From Patescibacteria group bacterium UBA5272 (lineage in GTDB: Bacteria; Patescibacteriota; Minisyncoccia; Phycocordibacterales; UBA5272): DNA of 40,999 bases. Shown piece by piece: positions 7,954 to 17,129 of the stretch (the first letter of the stretch is position 1; every line of letters begins with the position of its first letter). Where the stretch lies: assembly GCA_002408565.1 (NCBI GenBank), contig DHTA01000002.1, positions 21,873 through 62,871 on the forward strand, read 5' to 3'. The notes beneath the pieces are model-generated. The model was not told where the DNA came from, did no database searches, and saw nothing but the letters and a program-made list of their open reading frames with translations. The position numbers and the translations under genes were made by a program.

Positions 7954-10866
7954 ATGAAATTCAATGAACAATACACAATAGAAAATCACATCATAAAATT
8001 CATTAAAAATGAACTAAATTATGAATATATAAAACCTGAAGAATTTTCAAAACTTCGTGAATTTGAAAATGAATATATTATTTCTTCTCACTTTTTAGAA
8101 TCTATCCAAAAAATAAATGGAGTGAGTGAAGATATTGCCAAGAATATTTTAAGAGAAATAAAGAAAATTGATTCCAATGAAGAGTTTTTAAATGTCATGC
8201 GAGATGGAATCAATATGAAAGATATTGATACTGGTAAATCTATAGACTATAAGGTTATGGATTTTGATAATCTAGAAAATAATAAATTTGTAGTCACTAA
8301 TCAATTTTATTTTGAAGGTAGTACTGAGAATATTCGTCCTGATATTTTGATATTTATAAATGGTATTCCTGTAAGTGACATAGAAGCAAAGAGTCCTACA
8401 GCTTCGGCTTCAGTAAATTTTGAAAATGCTATTGATCAGATAAAGAGATATGAAAAGGTAGCTAATAAACTATTTATAACTAATTGTTTTAATATGGCGA
8501 CCGATGGTTTAAGAACTGTATATGGAGCTACAAATTCTCCAAAGCAATTTTTCTTAAGCTGGAGAGAGGAATCTAGAAAGAAAGAAAAACTATTTGAAGA
8601 TGAACTCGATTCTACCTTATTCTTTTTGTATTCAAAAGAAAAGATATTAGATATTATTAAAAGTTTTATTGTTTTTGAGAAAAAGAAAGAGGGAATTATA
8701 AAAAAGATTGCTAGATATCAGCAAGTCTATGCGACTAATAAGATTGTAGAAAGAGTGAGAGATGGAAAAATAAAAAGAGGATTAATCTGGCACACTCAAG
8801 GGTCTGGAAAGACTTTAACTATGTTTTTCACGGCTAATAAATTAAGATATGATAAAGATCTAAAAAATCCTAAAGTATTTATTTTGATAGACAGAATAGA
8901 TTTAGATGATCAGGTATATAGAGAATTTGAATCTTGGGGAGGTAAAAATCTAATAAGTATAGAATCCAGAAAAGATTTAGAGAAGAAAATAAAAGGTAAT
9001 GATAGGGGAATATTTATTTCAACTATACAAAAATTCTCAGAACTAGAAGATATAGAAAATCTAGAAGGTAATGTGATTGTCTTATCTGATGAAGCTCATC
9101 GTGATAATGAGGGAGTATCAGCTATTAAAATGCGAAGTGCTTTTAAAAACGCATTTCATTTTGGATTTACCGGTACGCCTATAGATAAATTAACTTTAAA
9201 CACTCATAGAAATTTTGGAGAAGAAGGTGAGAGATACTTAGATTATTATTCTATTCAGCAAGCTATAGATGACGGAGCTACGCTTCCTGTGACTTATGAA
9301 GCTAGACTTTCTAAGTTTGCTATAGATGAAGAAAAAATAGATAAAATCTTTGAAGAATTAACGACTGATCTTGATAATAATGAAAAAGAATTTTTGACTA
9401 GAAAATATGGAAAGAAAGAAGCTCTAATTAAATTAGATAAAAGAGTCAGAGCTATAGTTCAAGATATTGTTGAGCATTATAAATTATATGTTTTACCAAA
9501 TGGATTTAAAGCTCAAATAGTTTGTTCTGATCGTGAAGCTGTAGCAAAGTATAAGACTATACTTGATACATTCGTACCACCAGAATGGTCTGAGGTTGTA
9601 TATTCTTCAGGAGATCCAAATAGTGATGAAGAAGAATTAAAAAAGTTTAATACAAACAAATCTAAAAGAGAAAAAATAATAGAAAATTTTAAAGATCCAA
9701 ATAATCCGTTAAAATTTTTACTGGTGTGCGATATGCTCCTAACAGGATTTGATGCTCCAATAGAACAGGTAATGTATTTAGATAAACCTCTTAAATCTCA
9801 TAATCTATTACAAGCAATAGCTCGTACCAATCGTGTATATCCAAATAAAGGATGTGGAAAGATTATAGATTATTATGGTATTACTAGAAACTTAGAAGAT
9901 GCTCTTGATTTTGATGAAAATGAAATAGAAGGTGCAATGATGAATATAGAAAGACTTAAGGATAATTTTAAAGAAGTATTGGATGATGTGATGGGGTTAT
10001 TTGTAGGAGTAGATATAGAAGATCCTAGTATAGAAAATCTAAGAAGATGTTTAAAAATATTTATTGATAATGAATCTAAACAACAATTCTTAAAAGATAA
10101 ATATAGTAAATTAAAAATGCTTTTTGAAATACTTTCACCAGATCCATTTCTTATGGAGTATTTAAGAAAATTTGAATGGCTAACAAGTTTTTATTTAGCT
10201 TTTATTAAAGAATTTCAAGCAGAAGGAATAGATACTTTTTCTTTAAGTCAGTATGGAGAGAAAATAAAAAAGTTAATTCAAGAAAAGATTGATTATGAAG
10301 GTATAACTAAAAATTTTAGAGAATTAAATATTCATGATATTGCTACTTTAAATAAATTGGACAAATTAGACGACGAAGAGAAAGCTTTAAATCTTGAAAA
10401 GATGTTAAAGAGAGAGATTTCTATAAATATAGATACTCATCCAGCATTTAAGAAGTTTAGTGAGAGGTTGAGTGATATTAGAAAAGAATTTGAAAAACAT
10501 CAAATCGATTTAGCTGAAAGAATAAAGAGATATCAAGATTTAATGAATGATGTTAAGACTAAAGCTGATGAAGCTAAAGAATTAGGATATTCTCTAAAAG
10601 AATATGGTCTTTATGTTATCTCAGAAGAGTTTATTGAAAATAAAGATAAAGAACTAATTAGAGAGTTTATCAAAGATATGAGTGATAGACTTGATAAAGT
10701 TTTAGATCAAGATTGGCAGAATTCTTCAAAAAGAGAAGAATTTATAAAAGAAGCTAAAAGAACTTTGCAAGAAATTGTGCTTAAAGATTACAAAAATAAA
10801 ATAATAGTTTCAGATTTTCATAAATATTTAAATAGATTAATTGATATAATAATTAAAAAATTCTAA
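7954..10866 (+). CDS. hsdR: Type I RM restriction subunit R
   Basis: RPD...IEAK nuclease motif, HTQGSGKT Walker A, DEAHR, FTGTP, MLLTGFDAP, QAIARTNR. Confidence 0.96.
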   Translation: MKFNEQYTIENHIIKFIKNELNYEYIKPEEFSKLREFENEYIISSHFLESIQKINGVSEDIAKNILREIKKIDSNEEFLNVMRDGINMKDIDTGKSIDYKVMDFDNLENNKFVVTNQFYFEGSTENIRPDILIFINGIPVSDIEAKSPTASASVNFENAIDQIKRYEKVANKLFITNCFNMATDGLRTVYGATNSPKQFFLSWREESRKKEKLFEDELDSTLFFLYSKEKILDIIKSFIVFEKKKEGIIKKIARYQQVYATNKIVERVRDGKIKRGLIWHTQGSGKTLTMFFTANKLRYDKDLKNPKVFILIDRIDLDDQVYREFESWGGKNLISIESRKDLEKKIKGNDRGIFISTIQKFSELEDIENLEGNVIVLSDEAHRDNEGVSAIKMRSAFKNAFHFGFTGTPIDKLTLNTHRNFGEEGERYLDYYSIQQAIDDGATLPVTYEARLSKFAIDEEKIDKIFEELTTDLDNNEKEFLTRKYGKKEALIKLDKRVRAIVQDIVEHYKLYVLPNGFKAQIVCSDREAVAKYKTILDTFVPPEWSEVVYSSGDPNSDEEELKKFNTNKSKREKIIENFKDPNNPLKFLLVCDMLLTGFDAPIEQVMYLDKPLKSHNLLQAIARTNRVYPNKGCGKIIDYYGITRNLEDALDFDENEIEGAMMNIERLKDNFKEVLDDVMGLFVGVDIEDPSIENLRRCLKIFIDNESKQQFLKDKYSKLKMLFEILSPDPFLMEYLRKFEWLTSFYLAFIKEFQAEGIDTFSLSQYGEKIKKLIQEKIDYEGITKNFRELNIHDIATLNKLDKLDDEEKALNLEKMLKREISINIDTHPAFKKFSERLSDIRKEFEKHQIDLAERIKRYQDLMNDVKTKADEAKELGYSLKEYGLYVISEEFIENKDKELIREFIKDMSDRLDKVLDQDWQNSSKREEFIKEAKRTLQEIVLKDYKNKIIVSDFHKYLNRLIDIIIKKF

Positions 10867-10876
10867 TTTATTAATT

Positions 10877-11437
10877 ATGCAAAAGACATTAAAACTTTAT
10901 AATAAAAATTTAGATTATTCTATAAGAGAAAGTAAAAGAGCGAAAAGAGTTAGAATTTCTGTCGGTTGTGATGGAGCAGTGATAGTTACAAAGCCCAACA
11001 AGACAAATCTTGATATTGTTGAAAAATTTTTATTAGCAAAATCAGAATGGATTTTCGACAAAGTTAATTGGTTTAAAAATTTTAAAGGTTTGTCTAATAT
11101 CAAAAATACAAAACAAGAATATCTAGATAATAAAGATAAAGCATTAAAGTTAGCACAAGAGAGATTAGATTATTTTAATAAATATTATAATTTTAAATTT
11201 AATAAAATAACTATAAAAAATCAAAAAACTAGATGGGGGAGTTGTTCTAGAAAAGGGAATTTGAATTTTAATTATAAAATAGCATTACTTCCAAAAGAGG
11301 TTGCTGATTATATTATTGTTCACGAATTATGTCATCTAAAAGAATTTAATCATTCTAGAAAGTTTTGGAATCTGGTAGCAAAAAGTGTACCTAACTATTT
11401 AGACATTAGAAAAGATTTAAAAAATGGAATAATATAA
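10877..11437 (+). CDS. YgjP/DUF45 (M48/SprT-like) zinc metallo-hydrolase associated with Type I RM
   Basis: KTRWGSCS, YIIVHELCHL (HExxH), NHSRKFW. Confidence 0.9.
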   Translation: MQKTLKLYNKNLDYSIRESKRAKRVRISVGCDGAVIVTKPNKTNLDIVEKFLLAKSEWIFDKVNWFKNFKGLSNIKNTKQEYLDNKDKALKLAQERLDYFNKYYNFKFNKITIKNQKTRWGSCSRKGNLNFNYKIALLPKEVADYIIVHELCHLKEFNHSRKFWNLVAKSVPNYLDIRKDLKNGII

Positions 11438-11481
11438 TTTATATATTCTTTAATTATAACCCTTCTCGTGCTAGCACGACT

Positions 11482-11556
11482 TGGTGACCCCGCTAGGAAT
11501 CGAACCTAGATCTAGAGCTTAGAAGGCTCTCGTTCTATCCATTGAACTACGGGGTC
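11482..11556 (-). tRNA. tRNA-Arg(UCU), CCA encoded
   Basis: Reverse complement GACCCCG TAGTTCAATGGATAGAAC...CTTCTAA loop...GGTTCGATTCC...CGGGGTC A CCA. Confidence 0.95.
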
Positions 11557-11587
11557 TAAATTATTTAAAAAATCTTTTAGATTTTTG

Positions 11588-11660
11588 TGGGAGATAAGGG
11601 ACTCGGACCCCTGACCTTCTCGGTGTAAACGAGCTGCTCTACCAACTGAGCTAATCTCCC
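11588..11660 (-). tRNA. tRNA-Val(UAC), CCA not encoded
   Basis: Reverse complement GGGAGAT TAGCTCAGTTGGTAGAGC...TTTACAC loop...GGGTCCGAGTCCC...ATCTCCC A. Confidence 0.93.
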
Positions 11661-11833
11661 ATGGTCACGACAAAACTTTAGTGGAGTCGGACATATTTTC
11701 TTACTGTGATATAATAACTCAAAAAGTGTTTTTCCGCAACTAATAAATTAAACAAAAAATCACTTTCTCAAATTTTCTAGACCCTTAAGAGCGTCAAAAA
11801 TTTTCAAAAGTATTTTATTTAATTAAGAAAAAT

Positions 11834-12646
11834 ATGATAAAAAAACCAAAAATAAAAACTATATTCAAGAATGATTTTCAAATAGTGATTGATAAGCCGG
11901 CCCACATTATGACTCATCCAGATGGTAGAAAAAATGAATACACTTTGTCTGACTGGTTGAAAGATTTTGCTAAAAAAAAATTTAAAAAGAAAACTTGGCA
12001 AAGTGTTTTAAAAGAAGTTGGAGAAGAAGGAAGAGAAGGGGTAGTTCATAGGCTGGATACTGGCACAACTGGAGTAATGATTTTTGCTTTAGAAAAAGAT
12101 GCTTTTAATTTTCTAAAAAGACAATTCCACTCTCACGCTTCAAAGAAAATTTATAGAGCTATAGTAGTAGGACATATTAAAAATGATACAGGAATTATTG
12201 ATGCTGCAATTTCTCGTAGCAAATCAGATTTTCGCAAAAAAAACACTAAAGACTTTTTTACAAATGATGGGAAAGGGGACGTGACGGGAAAAGAGAGAGA
12301 AGCAGTGACAAGATATAAGGTTATAGAAAGACTAAGAAGCAAGACTGGTAATCCTTTTACATTGGTAGAATGTTACCCAGAAACTGGCAGGACTCATCAA
12401 ATTAGAGTGCATTTAAAATCCATTCGCCATCCAATACTAGGGGATGATTTATATGGGGTAGGAGTAAATGAAAAAGAAAAGATTCAGAAAGAATTTAAAA
12501 CCAAACTTACCCGCCCAATGCTCCACGCTTTTTCTTTAAAAATCAAAATATTAGACAAAGATAAAACAGTCAAAGAAAAAACTTTTATAGCAAAAGAACA
12601 TGCAGACATGAAAAAGGTTTTAAAAGAGCTCGGTTATAAAAATTAG
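11834..12646 (+). CDS. RluA/RluD-family pseudouridine synthase (no S4 domain)
   Basis: IDKPAH, VVHRLDTGTTG, TGRTHQIRVHL, PILGDDLYG, MLHA. Confidence 0.93.
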   Translation: MIKKPKIKTIFKNDFQIVIDKPAHIMTHPDGRKNEYTLSDWLKDFAKKKFKKKTWQSVLKEVGEEGREGVVHRLDTGTTGVMIFALEKDAFNFLKRQFHSHASKKIYRAIVVGHIKNDTGIIDAAISRSKSDFRKKNTKDFFTNDGKGDVTGKEREAVTRYKVIERLRSKTGNPFTLVECYPETGRTHQIRVHLKSIRHPILGDDLYGVGVNEKEKIQKEFKTKLTRPMLHAFSLKIKILDKDKTVKEKTFIAKEHADMKKVLKELGYKN

Positions 12647-12826
12647 TTTGCGAGAAAGGTTTTTTTGTGTTAATATCTGAACATTAAATAGAGATATTTA
12701 AGGTAAAAAATCCGAGTTTAGACCTAATTATAAGACAAGCCTGCCTTAGCAAATGTTATGGCGAGGCGAGGGTAGTTTCTCACAAAATATTTTTATTTTG
12801 TAAAAGATTTTTTATATATATAAAAT

Positions 12827-13255
12827 ATGAAAACAAATATCAAATTAGCAAAAGTAGATATAGAAGAAAGAAAAAATCTTGATTTTTCTACCGGAGATAC
12901 AGTTCGTGTTTGGAACAAATTGAAAGATAAAGACGGTAAGACTCGTCTACAAGCTTTTGAAGGTTTAGTTCTTGCTAGAAAACACGGTTCAGGCATTACT
13001 GCTACTTTTACTATTAGAAAAATAGCTTCTGGGGTAGGGGTAGAAAAAATTTATCCTCTTTACTCTTCCAATATAGACAAGATTGAAATCGTTAGAAGAA
13101 ACAAAGCTAGAAGAAGTAAGATTTATTATGTTAGAGAAAAAGCTAAAAAAGACATTAGGAGAAAATTGAAGGCTGATACTCGTCTGGTAAAGAAAGACGG
13201 AATCACTACTACTGAAGTTGAGTCGGAAGAGGTGATAGAAGGAGGTACAGAATAA
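12827..13255 (+). CDS. rplS: 50S ribosomal protein L19
   Basis: GDTVRV...RLQAFEGLVLARK...TFTIRKIASGVGVEKIYPLYS...RRSKIYYVR. Confidence 0.97.
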   Translation: MKTNIKLAKVDIEERKNLDFSTGDTVRVWNKLKDKDGKTRLQAFEGLVLARKHGSGITATFTIRKIASGVGVEKIYPLYSSNIDKIEIVRRNKARRSKIYYVREKAKKDIRRKLKADTRLVKKDGITTTEVESEEVIEGGTE

Positions 13256-13260
13256 AAATA

Positions 13261-13294
13261 AATAAAAATCTCGCTAAATAGCGAGATTTTTATT
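13261..13294 (+). terminator. Intrinsic terminator after rplS
   Basis: aataaaaatctcgct-aaat-agcgagatttttatt. Confidence 0.85.
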
Positions 13295-13336
13295 TGGATA
13301 AATCTATTTTTTTTGATATTATTATCTTGCTTAATT

Positions 13337-13420
13337 GCCCGGGTGGCGAAATTGGTAGACGCACTACCTTGAGGTGGTAGCGGGAATTATCCCATGCTGG
13401 TTCAAGTCCAGTCTCGGGCA
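13337..13420 (+). tRNA. tRNA-Leu(GAG)
   Basis: GCCCGGG TGGCGAAATTGGTAGACGC...CTACC TTGAGGT GGTAG, long variable arm, GGTTCAAGTCC, CTCGGGC A. Confidence 0.95.
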
Positions 13421-13516
13421 CAAGGAATAAAGAATCAGTATATATATGCTGATTTTTTATTTTAAGAACAGTTTCAAAAAGAAAGATTTTGTGTTAAAAT
13501 GATTTCGCAAATGTAT

Positions 13517-13592
13517 GGTGCCTATAGTGTAATGGTTAGCACTAGGGTTTGTGGAACCCTCAGTTCCGGTTCAAATCCGGATAGGCACACCA
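13517..13592 (+). tRNA. tRNA-His(GUG), CCA encoded, genomic G-1 and A73
   Basis: G-GTGCCTA...AGGGT TTGTGGA ACCCT...TCCGG TTCAAAT CCGGA TAGGCAC A CCA. Confidence 0.95.
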
Positions 13593-13596
13593 AAAG

Positions 13597-13630
13597 AAAA
13601 ACCGAATGATTTTTTGTCATTCGGTTTTTT
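13597..13630. terminator. Bidirectional terminator between tRNA-His and the convergent small ORF
   Basis: aaaaaccgaatga...tcattcggtttttt. Confidence 0.8.
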
Positions 13631-13648
13631 GACTCATGGGGTCGGTGG

Positions 13649-13828
13649 TTATGTCATCTGAATCAAGCAACGACAATTTCCGTTTTTTTGTTTTTTCTTG
13701 CAACCAGACCCATTGAGGTTGGTTACTGTGCAGCCTTTTCCACCGATAAAGGCGCATGATCTAATTGGGTTACTACGGCCACCAGTTTCTTGTGCGGATA
13801 CCTTGTATCCATCTTGAGTTATACTCAT
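13649..13828 (-). CDS. Small Cys/Gly/Lys-rich protein (59 aa)
   Basis: MSITQDG...CAFIGGKGCTVTNLNGSGCKKKQKNGNCRC; own TTGCCT-17-TATAGT promoter (13912-13884) and downstream terminator. Confidence 0.5.
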   Translation of the reverse strand: MSITQDGYKVSAQETGGRSNPIRSCAFIGGKGCTVTNLNGSGCKKKQKNGNCRCLIQMT

Positions 13829-13957
13829 AGTAAAAATTTTTGATTTGTTTAACAATTTTTATCTAAAAAAGAACAGGACTAGTACTATACCACACAATAA
13901 AAAATAAGGCAAGGGTCTTGTCAAACCCCAAATAGGCAAATAAAAATACAAACTCTT

Positions 13958-14710
13958 TTAAATTTTAAGTTTTTCAAAACCGTCTCGAGTGTAATCATTG
14001 TAAGCCAAAATCTCCCAAGGAGAATACTTGTTTATTTTTGATTGGTTTTCTTCTTCGTGCAAATTATCGGCTAAAATGAAATCTAGAAATCTTCTAAAGG
14101 GGGCAATAAATTTTTTGATAGGAGAATATTTCACAAAGGTCACCCCAGCATTATCAGCTGGATTATACATGTTCATTCTCATGTAGTCTTTAACAAGTAA
14201 ATCTTTTCCAAAAAGCAGAGTTGATAAAAACATTTTTAAAAAAATCCCATGAGTAAAACATACATTATATTTTTTTCCATTTTTAGCTAAATATTTTTGT
14301 GTCTCTAGAGCTCTATCTTTTAAGTCTTGAAAGTTTTCTTCATCATAAAGCCTCAAATCTGGGTCGTGAATACTTTTATCCATAGTATCAATAAAAGCTT
14401 TAGCTATAGGATCGTCATAATGTTTTCCGACTATAATTGTAGGGTTTCTTCTTTCAGCTAAGAGATCAGTGACTACATAATTTTCTCCTTGAATTTTTAA
14501 GTATTTATTTACTATGGCAGCAGTTTCTACTGTTCTTTCGTAAGGGGAAACAAACATTTTTTGTATTTTCATTTTTGTAAGTCTTTTACCTAACTCTTCA
14601 ACTTCTAGTTTTCCTTTTTCAGACAAACTTCCTTTCTCATCTTGTCTTATTCTTTGCTCGTTTAAAATCGTCTCACCATGCCTAATCAAATAAAAGTATT
14701 TAGTAAACAT
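13958..14710 (-). CDS. Histidine phosphatase (phosphoglycerate mutase superfamily)
   Basis: YLIRHGET, VSPYERTVETA, FTHG. Confidence 0.9.
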   Translation of the reverse strand: MFTKYFYLIRHGETILNEQRIRQDEKGSLSEKGKLEVEELGKRLTKMKIQKMFVSPYERTVETAAIVNKYLKIQGENYVVTDLLAERRNPTIIVGKHYDDPIAKAFIDTMDKSIHDPDLRLYDEENFQDLKDRALETQKYLAKNGKKYNVCFTHGIFLKMFLSTLLFGKDLLVKDYMRMNMYNPADNAGVTFVKYSPIKKFIAPFRRFLDFILADNLHEEENQSKINKYSPWEILAYNDYTRDGFEKLKI

Positions 14711-14837
14711 ATTTTTTGTTTTATTGGTCCTAAATATCTTATCATAAAAAAAACCAATTTATCCACATTTTTCTTTTATTTTTCAGTTTTATTTCAAAAG
14801 TTAAGATATAATAAGAAAGTAAACAAAGTACAACTTT

Positions 14838-16004
14838 ATGACTATTCAGAACATCGAAGACGTAATGGAGCGTATAATGAGTCTCAACAGGAATTTAAAC
14901 GAGGAATCTCTCAAGACTCTTCTTTCGGCTAGCGGTTGGGATAGAGAGGATATTTTAGAGGGTTTGCGTATTTTTAGGGCGACAAATAAAAACACAGTCG
15001 CCGCCACTCCTATTGGTAGCCGTTATGTACTTCAAGATCAAATCAATGATGAAATTTTAGAGCCTAAAGTAAACGAAGAAGTTCTTCAAGAAGATATTTT
15101 ACAAGAGAAACCTTATACCTTCAATCTTAAGAAAAAAGAGGACTCTCAATCCGAGACTGAAGAAGCTTCTAAAAAATCAGCGCTAGCAGAGCTCACTATT
15201 CCTCTACCTGGAAAAACTAAAGTTTTAGAAAAGGATAAAGAAAGCGACACTGAAACAGGGGTAGAAAATTTTATGAATCCTGAAGAAAGGTTTTTTGTAT
15301 CAGAAACGAATGACTCACAGAAAACAGGAAAGCAAAAAAAGAAGAGTTTTGGGCATTCGGCTGGCCTAATTTTACTCTTGATAGCTTTCTTGCTTTTAGT
15401 TATTGCTGGCGCTTATTTGTATATTCCCACTTTTTCAAGTTGGGTTAATGAGACTTTCTCTATTCGGACTGAACAAAATATAGTTGTTCAAGATGTTGGC
15501 AGGACTCAAGCAACTCAACCGAATCAAAATTTTTCAAATGATTCAAATACAAATAAAAACCCTAATTATACAACTACTGCCTCTGGCACAAATGTTATAA
15601 CCCCCCTAGGGCAACCTGGAGAAATTGTTACACCATCTCCAATCAATATTTCGGACGCTCAGTTGAGAGAGTTGATGCAAGAAATAGAAAGACTCAAAAC
15701 AGATTTAAATAATTATAAAAACTCTATTCCGGAAGCCAAAACTCAAACTATTGTTAGATATATTTCTCAAAAAGGTTCTACTGGGGCAGCTGGTAGAGGT
15801 ATAACATCAGTGACAGCTACCACTTCAGGTTTTGTTATTAATTATACAGATTTAAGCACTGAAATCGTTCCTTATTCTACGAGCACTTCGGTAGGAATTT
15901 TAAACTCTCAGCAAGTTTGTTTTAGAGACATGAATGCTACCACCAGCAGCAGCACAGACATTTGTTTGGATAAAAACACGGTGACAAATCTTTTAAATAA
16001 GTAA
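14838..16004 (+). CDS. Single-pass membrane protein with acidic cytoplasmic part, coiled coil, short Gly-X-Y stretch and S/T-rich tail
   Basis: TM LILLLIAFLLLVIAGAYLYI; LRELMQEIERLKTDL; KGSTGAAGRG. Confidence 0.8.
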   Translation: MTIQNIEDVMERIMSLNRNLNEESLKTLLSASGWDREDILEGLRIFRATNKNTVAATPIGSRYVLQDQINDEILEPKVNEEVLQEDILQEKPYTFNLKKKEDSQSETEEASKKSALAELTIPLPGKTKVLEKDKESDTETGVENFMNPEERFFVSETNDSQKTGKQKKKSFGHSAGLILLLIAFLLLVIAGAYLYIPTFSSWVNETFSIRTEQNIVVQDVGRTQATQPNQNFSNDSNTNKNPNYTTTASGTNVITPLGQPGEIVTPSPINISDAQLRELMQEIERLKTDLNNYKNSIPEAKTQTIVRYISQKGSTGAAGRGITSVTATTSGFVINYTDLSTEIVPYSTSTSVGILNSQQVCFRDMNATTSSSTDICLDKNTVTNLLNK

Positions 16005-16098
16005 ATAAGTAAGCAAATAAACATGTTTTAAAAGACAGTTTTTATTGTGGTAAAATTAAAGAACAATTAAAAGCAATTAAATTTAATTTTATAACTTT

Positions 16099-16893
16099 AT
16101 GAATGAAAAAAATAAAAAAGTAGGAGCAAAGCTTCTCGTGGTTTTAGTTATCTTACTTGCAATTGGAATTATTGTGGTGCAAGGCGTAAAAACTTACACC
16201 AACAATATGAATCCTAGAACGGTGATCATTACTGGTACAGGAAAAGTTTCGGCCGTGCCAGATGTTTCTACAATTAGTTTCACAATTAAAAGTGAAAGTA
16301 AAAATGATAACACTAAAGCTCTACAAGAAGAGATTTCAAAAAAAGCAGACTCAGTTTTTGCTAAATTAAAAGAACTTGGTATTGATGAAAAAGATATTAA
16401 GACTACGAATTATTCTGTAAATCCAAAATATGGATATCGAGACTGTTATTCTATTTCAAGTGTAACACCTTGTGATTCTAGCGTAGTTATCGGTTATGAG
16501 GCTAGAGAAAGTGTAGACATAAAGATTCGCAACACTGAAAATGTTAGTAAGGTTTTAGATGTTTTAGCAGCAGAAAAAATCACAGAAGTTTATGGCCCGA
16601 ATTTTACCATTGATGACATTGAGGCTGTTAGAGATTCTGCTAGAGATTTAGCTATTCAAGATGCTAAAGATAAAGCTGAGGTTTTGTCAAAATCTTTAGG
16701 AGTAAAAATCAAAAGAATTGTTTCTTTCTCTGACAATGCGGGAATCAGTGCTCCAATTCCAATGTATAGAGATAGTGCAGTTTATGAAATGGGCGCAACC
16801 AAGCAGTCTTATAAGTTAGAGGAAGCCAATATTCAAGAAGGGCAACAAGACATTGTCTCTAATGTTTCTATAACTTTCCAAATCGAAAATTAG
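16099..16893 (+). CDS. SIMPL/DUF541 domain protein
   Basis: ITGTGKVSAVPDV, LGIDEKDIKTTNYSVNPKY, ARDLAIQDAKDKAEVL, GQQDIVSNVSITF. Confidence 0.9.
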   Translation: MNEKNKKVGAKLLVVLVILLAIGIIVVQGVKTYTNNMNPRTVIITGTGKVSAVPDVSTISFTIKSESKNDNTKALQEEISKKADSVFAKLKELGIDEKDIKTTNYSVNPKYGYRDCYSISSVTPCDSSVVIGYEARESVDIKIRNTENVSKVLDVLAAEKITEVYGPNFTIDDIEAVRDSARDLAIQDAKDKAEVLSKSLGVKIKRIVSFSDNAGISAPIPMYRDSAVYEMGATKQSYKLEEANIQEGQQDIVSNVSITFQIEN

Positions 16894-16909
16894 TTTCTAA
16901 GCCAATTTC

Positions 16910-16952
16910 CTCTCAAAAAAAACACTCTTAAAAAGAGTGTTTTTTTTGAGAG
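16910..16952. terminator. Long inverted-repeat terminator
   Basis: ctctcaaaaaaaacactct-taaaa-agagtgttttttttgagag. Confidence 0.8.
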
Positions 16953-17129
16953 TTAATAAAATTGATACAAAGTGTTTGTTGTGCTAATATTTCACTTGAT
17001 AATGTTCTTTATAAATTAAGTCTAATTTATAAATGGTCATAGCTGCAAGATTCTAAAACCTTTGGTATTTTGCGGCTGTGACTATTTTTACAGTCCTTTC
17101 CCGGGGTGGGATAAAAACTATTTGTTTCA

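Larger units (their letters stand above)
1..11480. mobile_element. Genomic island (serine recombinase plus defence cargo) next to the 3' end of tRNA-Arg; left boundary outside the window
   Basis: Large serine recombinase, Type I RM and hypothetical genes end ~45 nt from the tRNA-Arg CCA end; housekeeping genes resume on the other side. No att duplication visible in the window. Confidence 0.7.
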
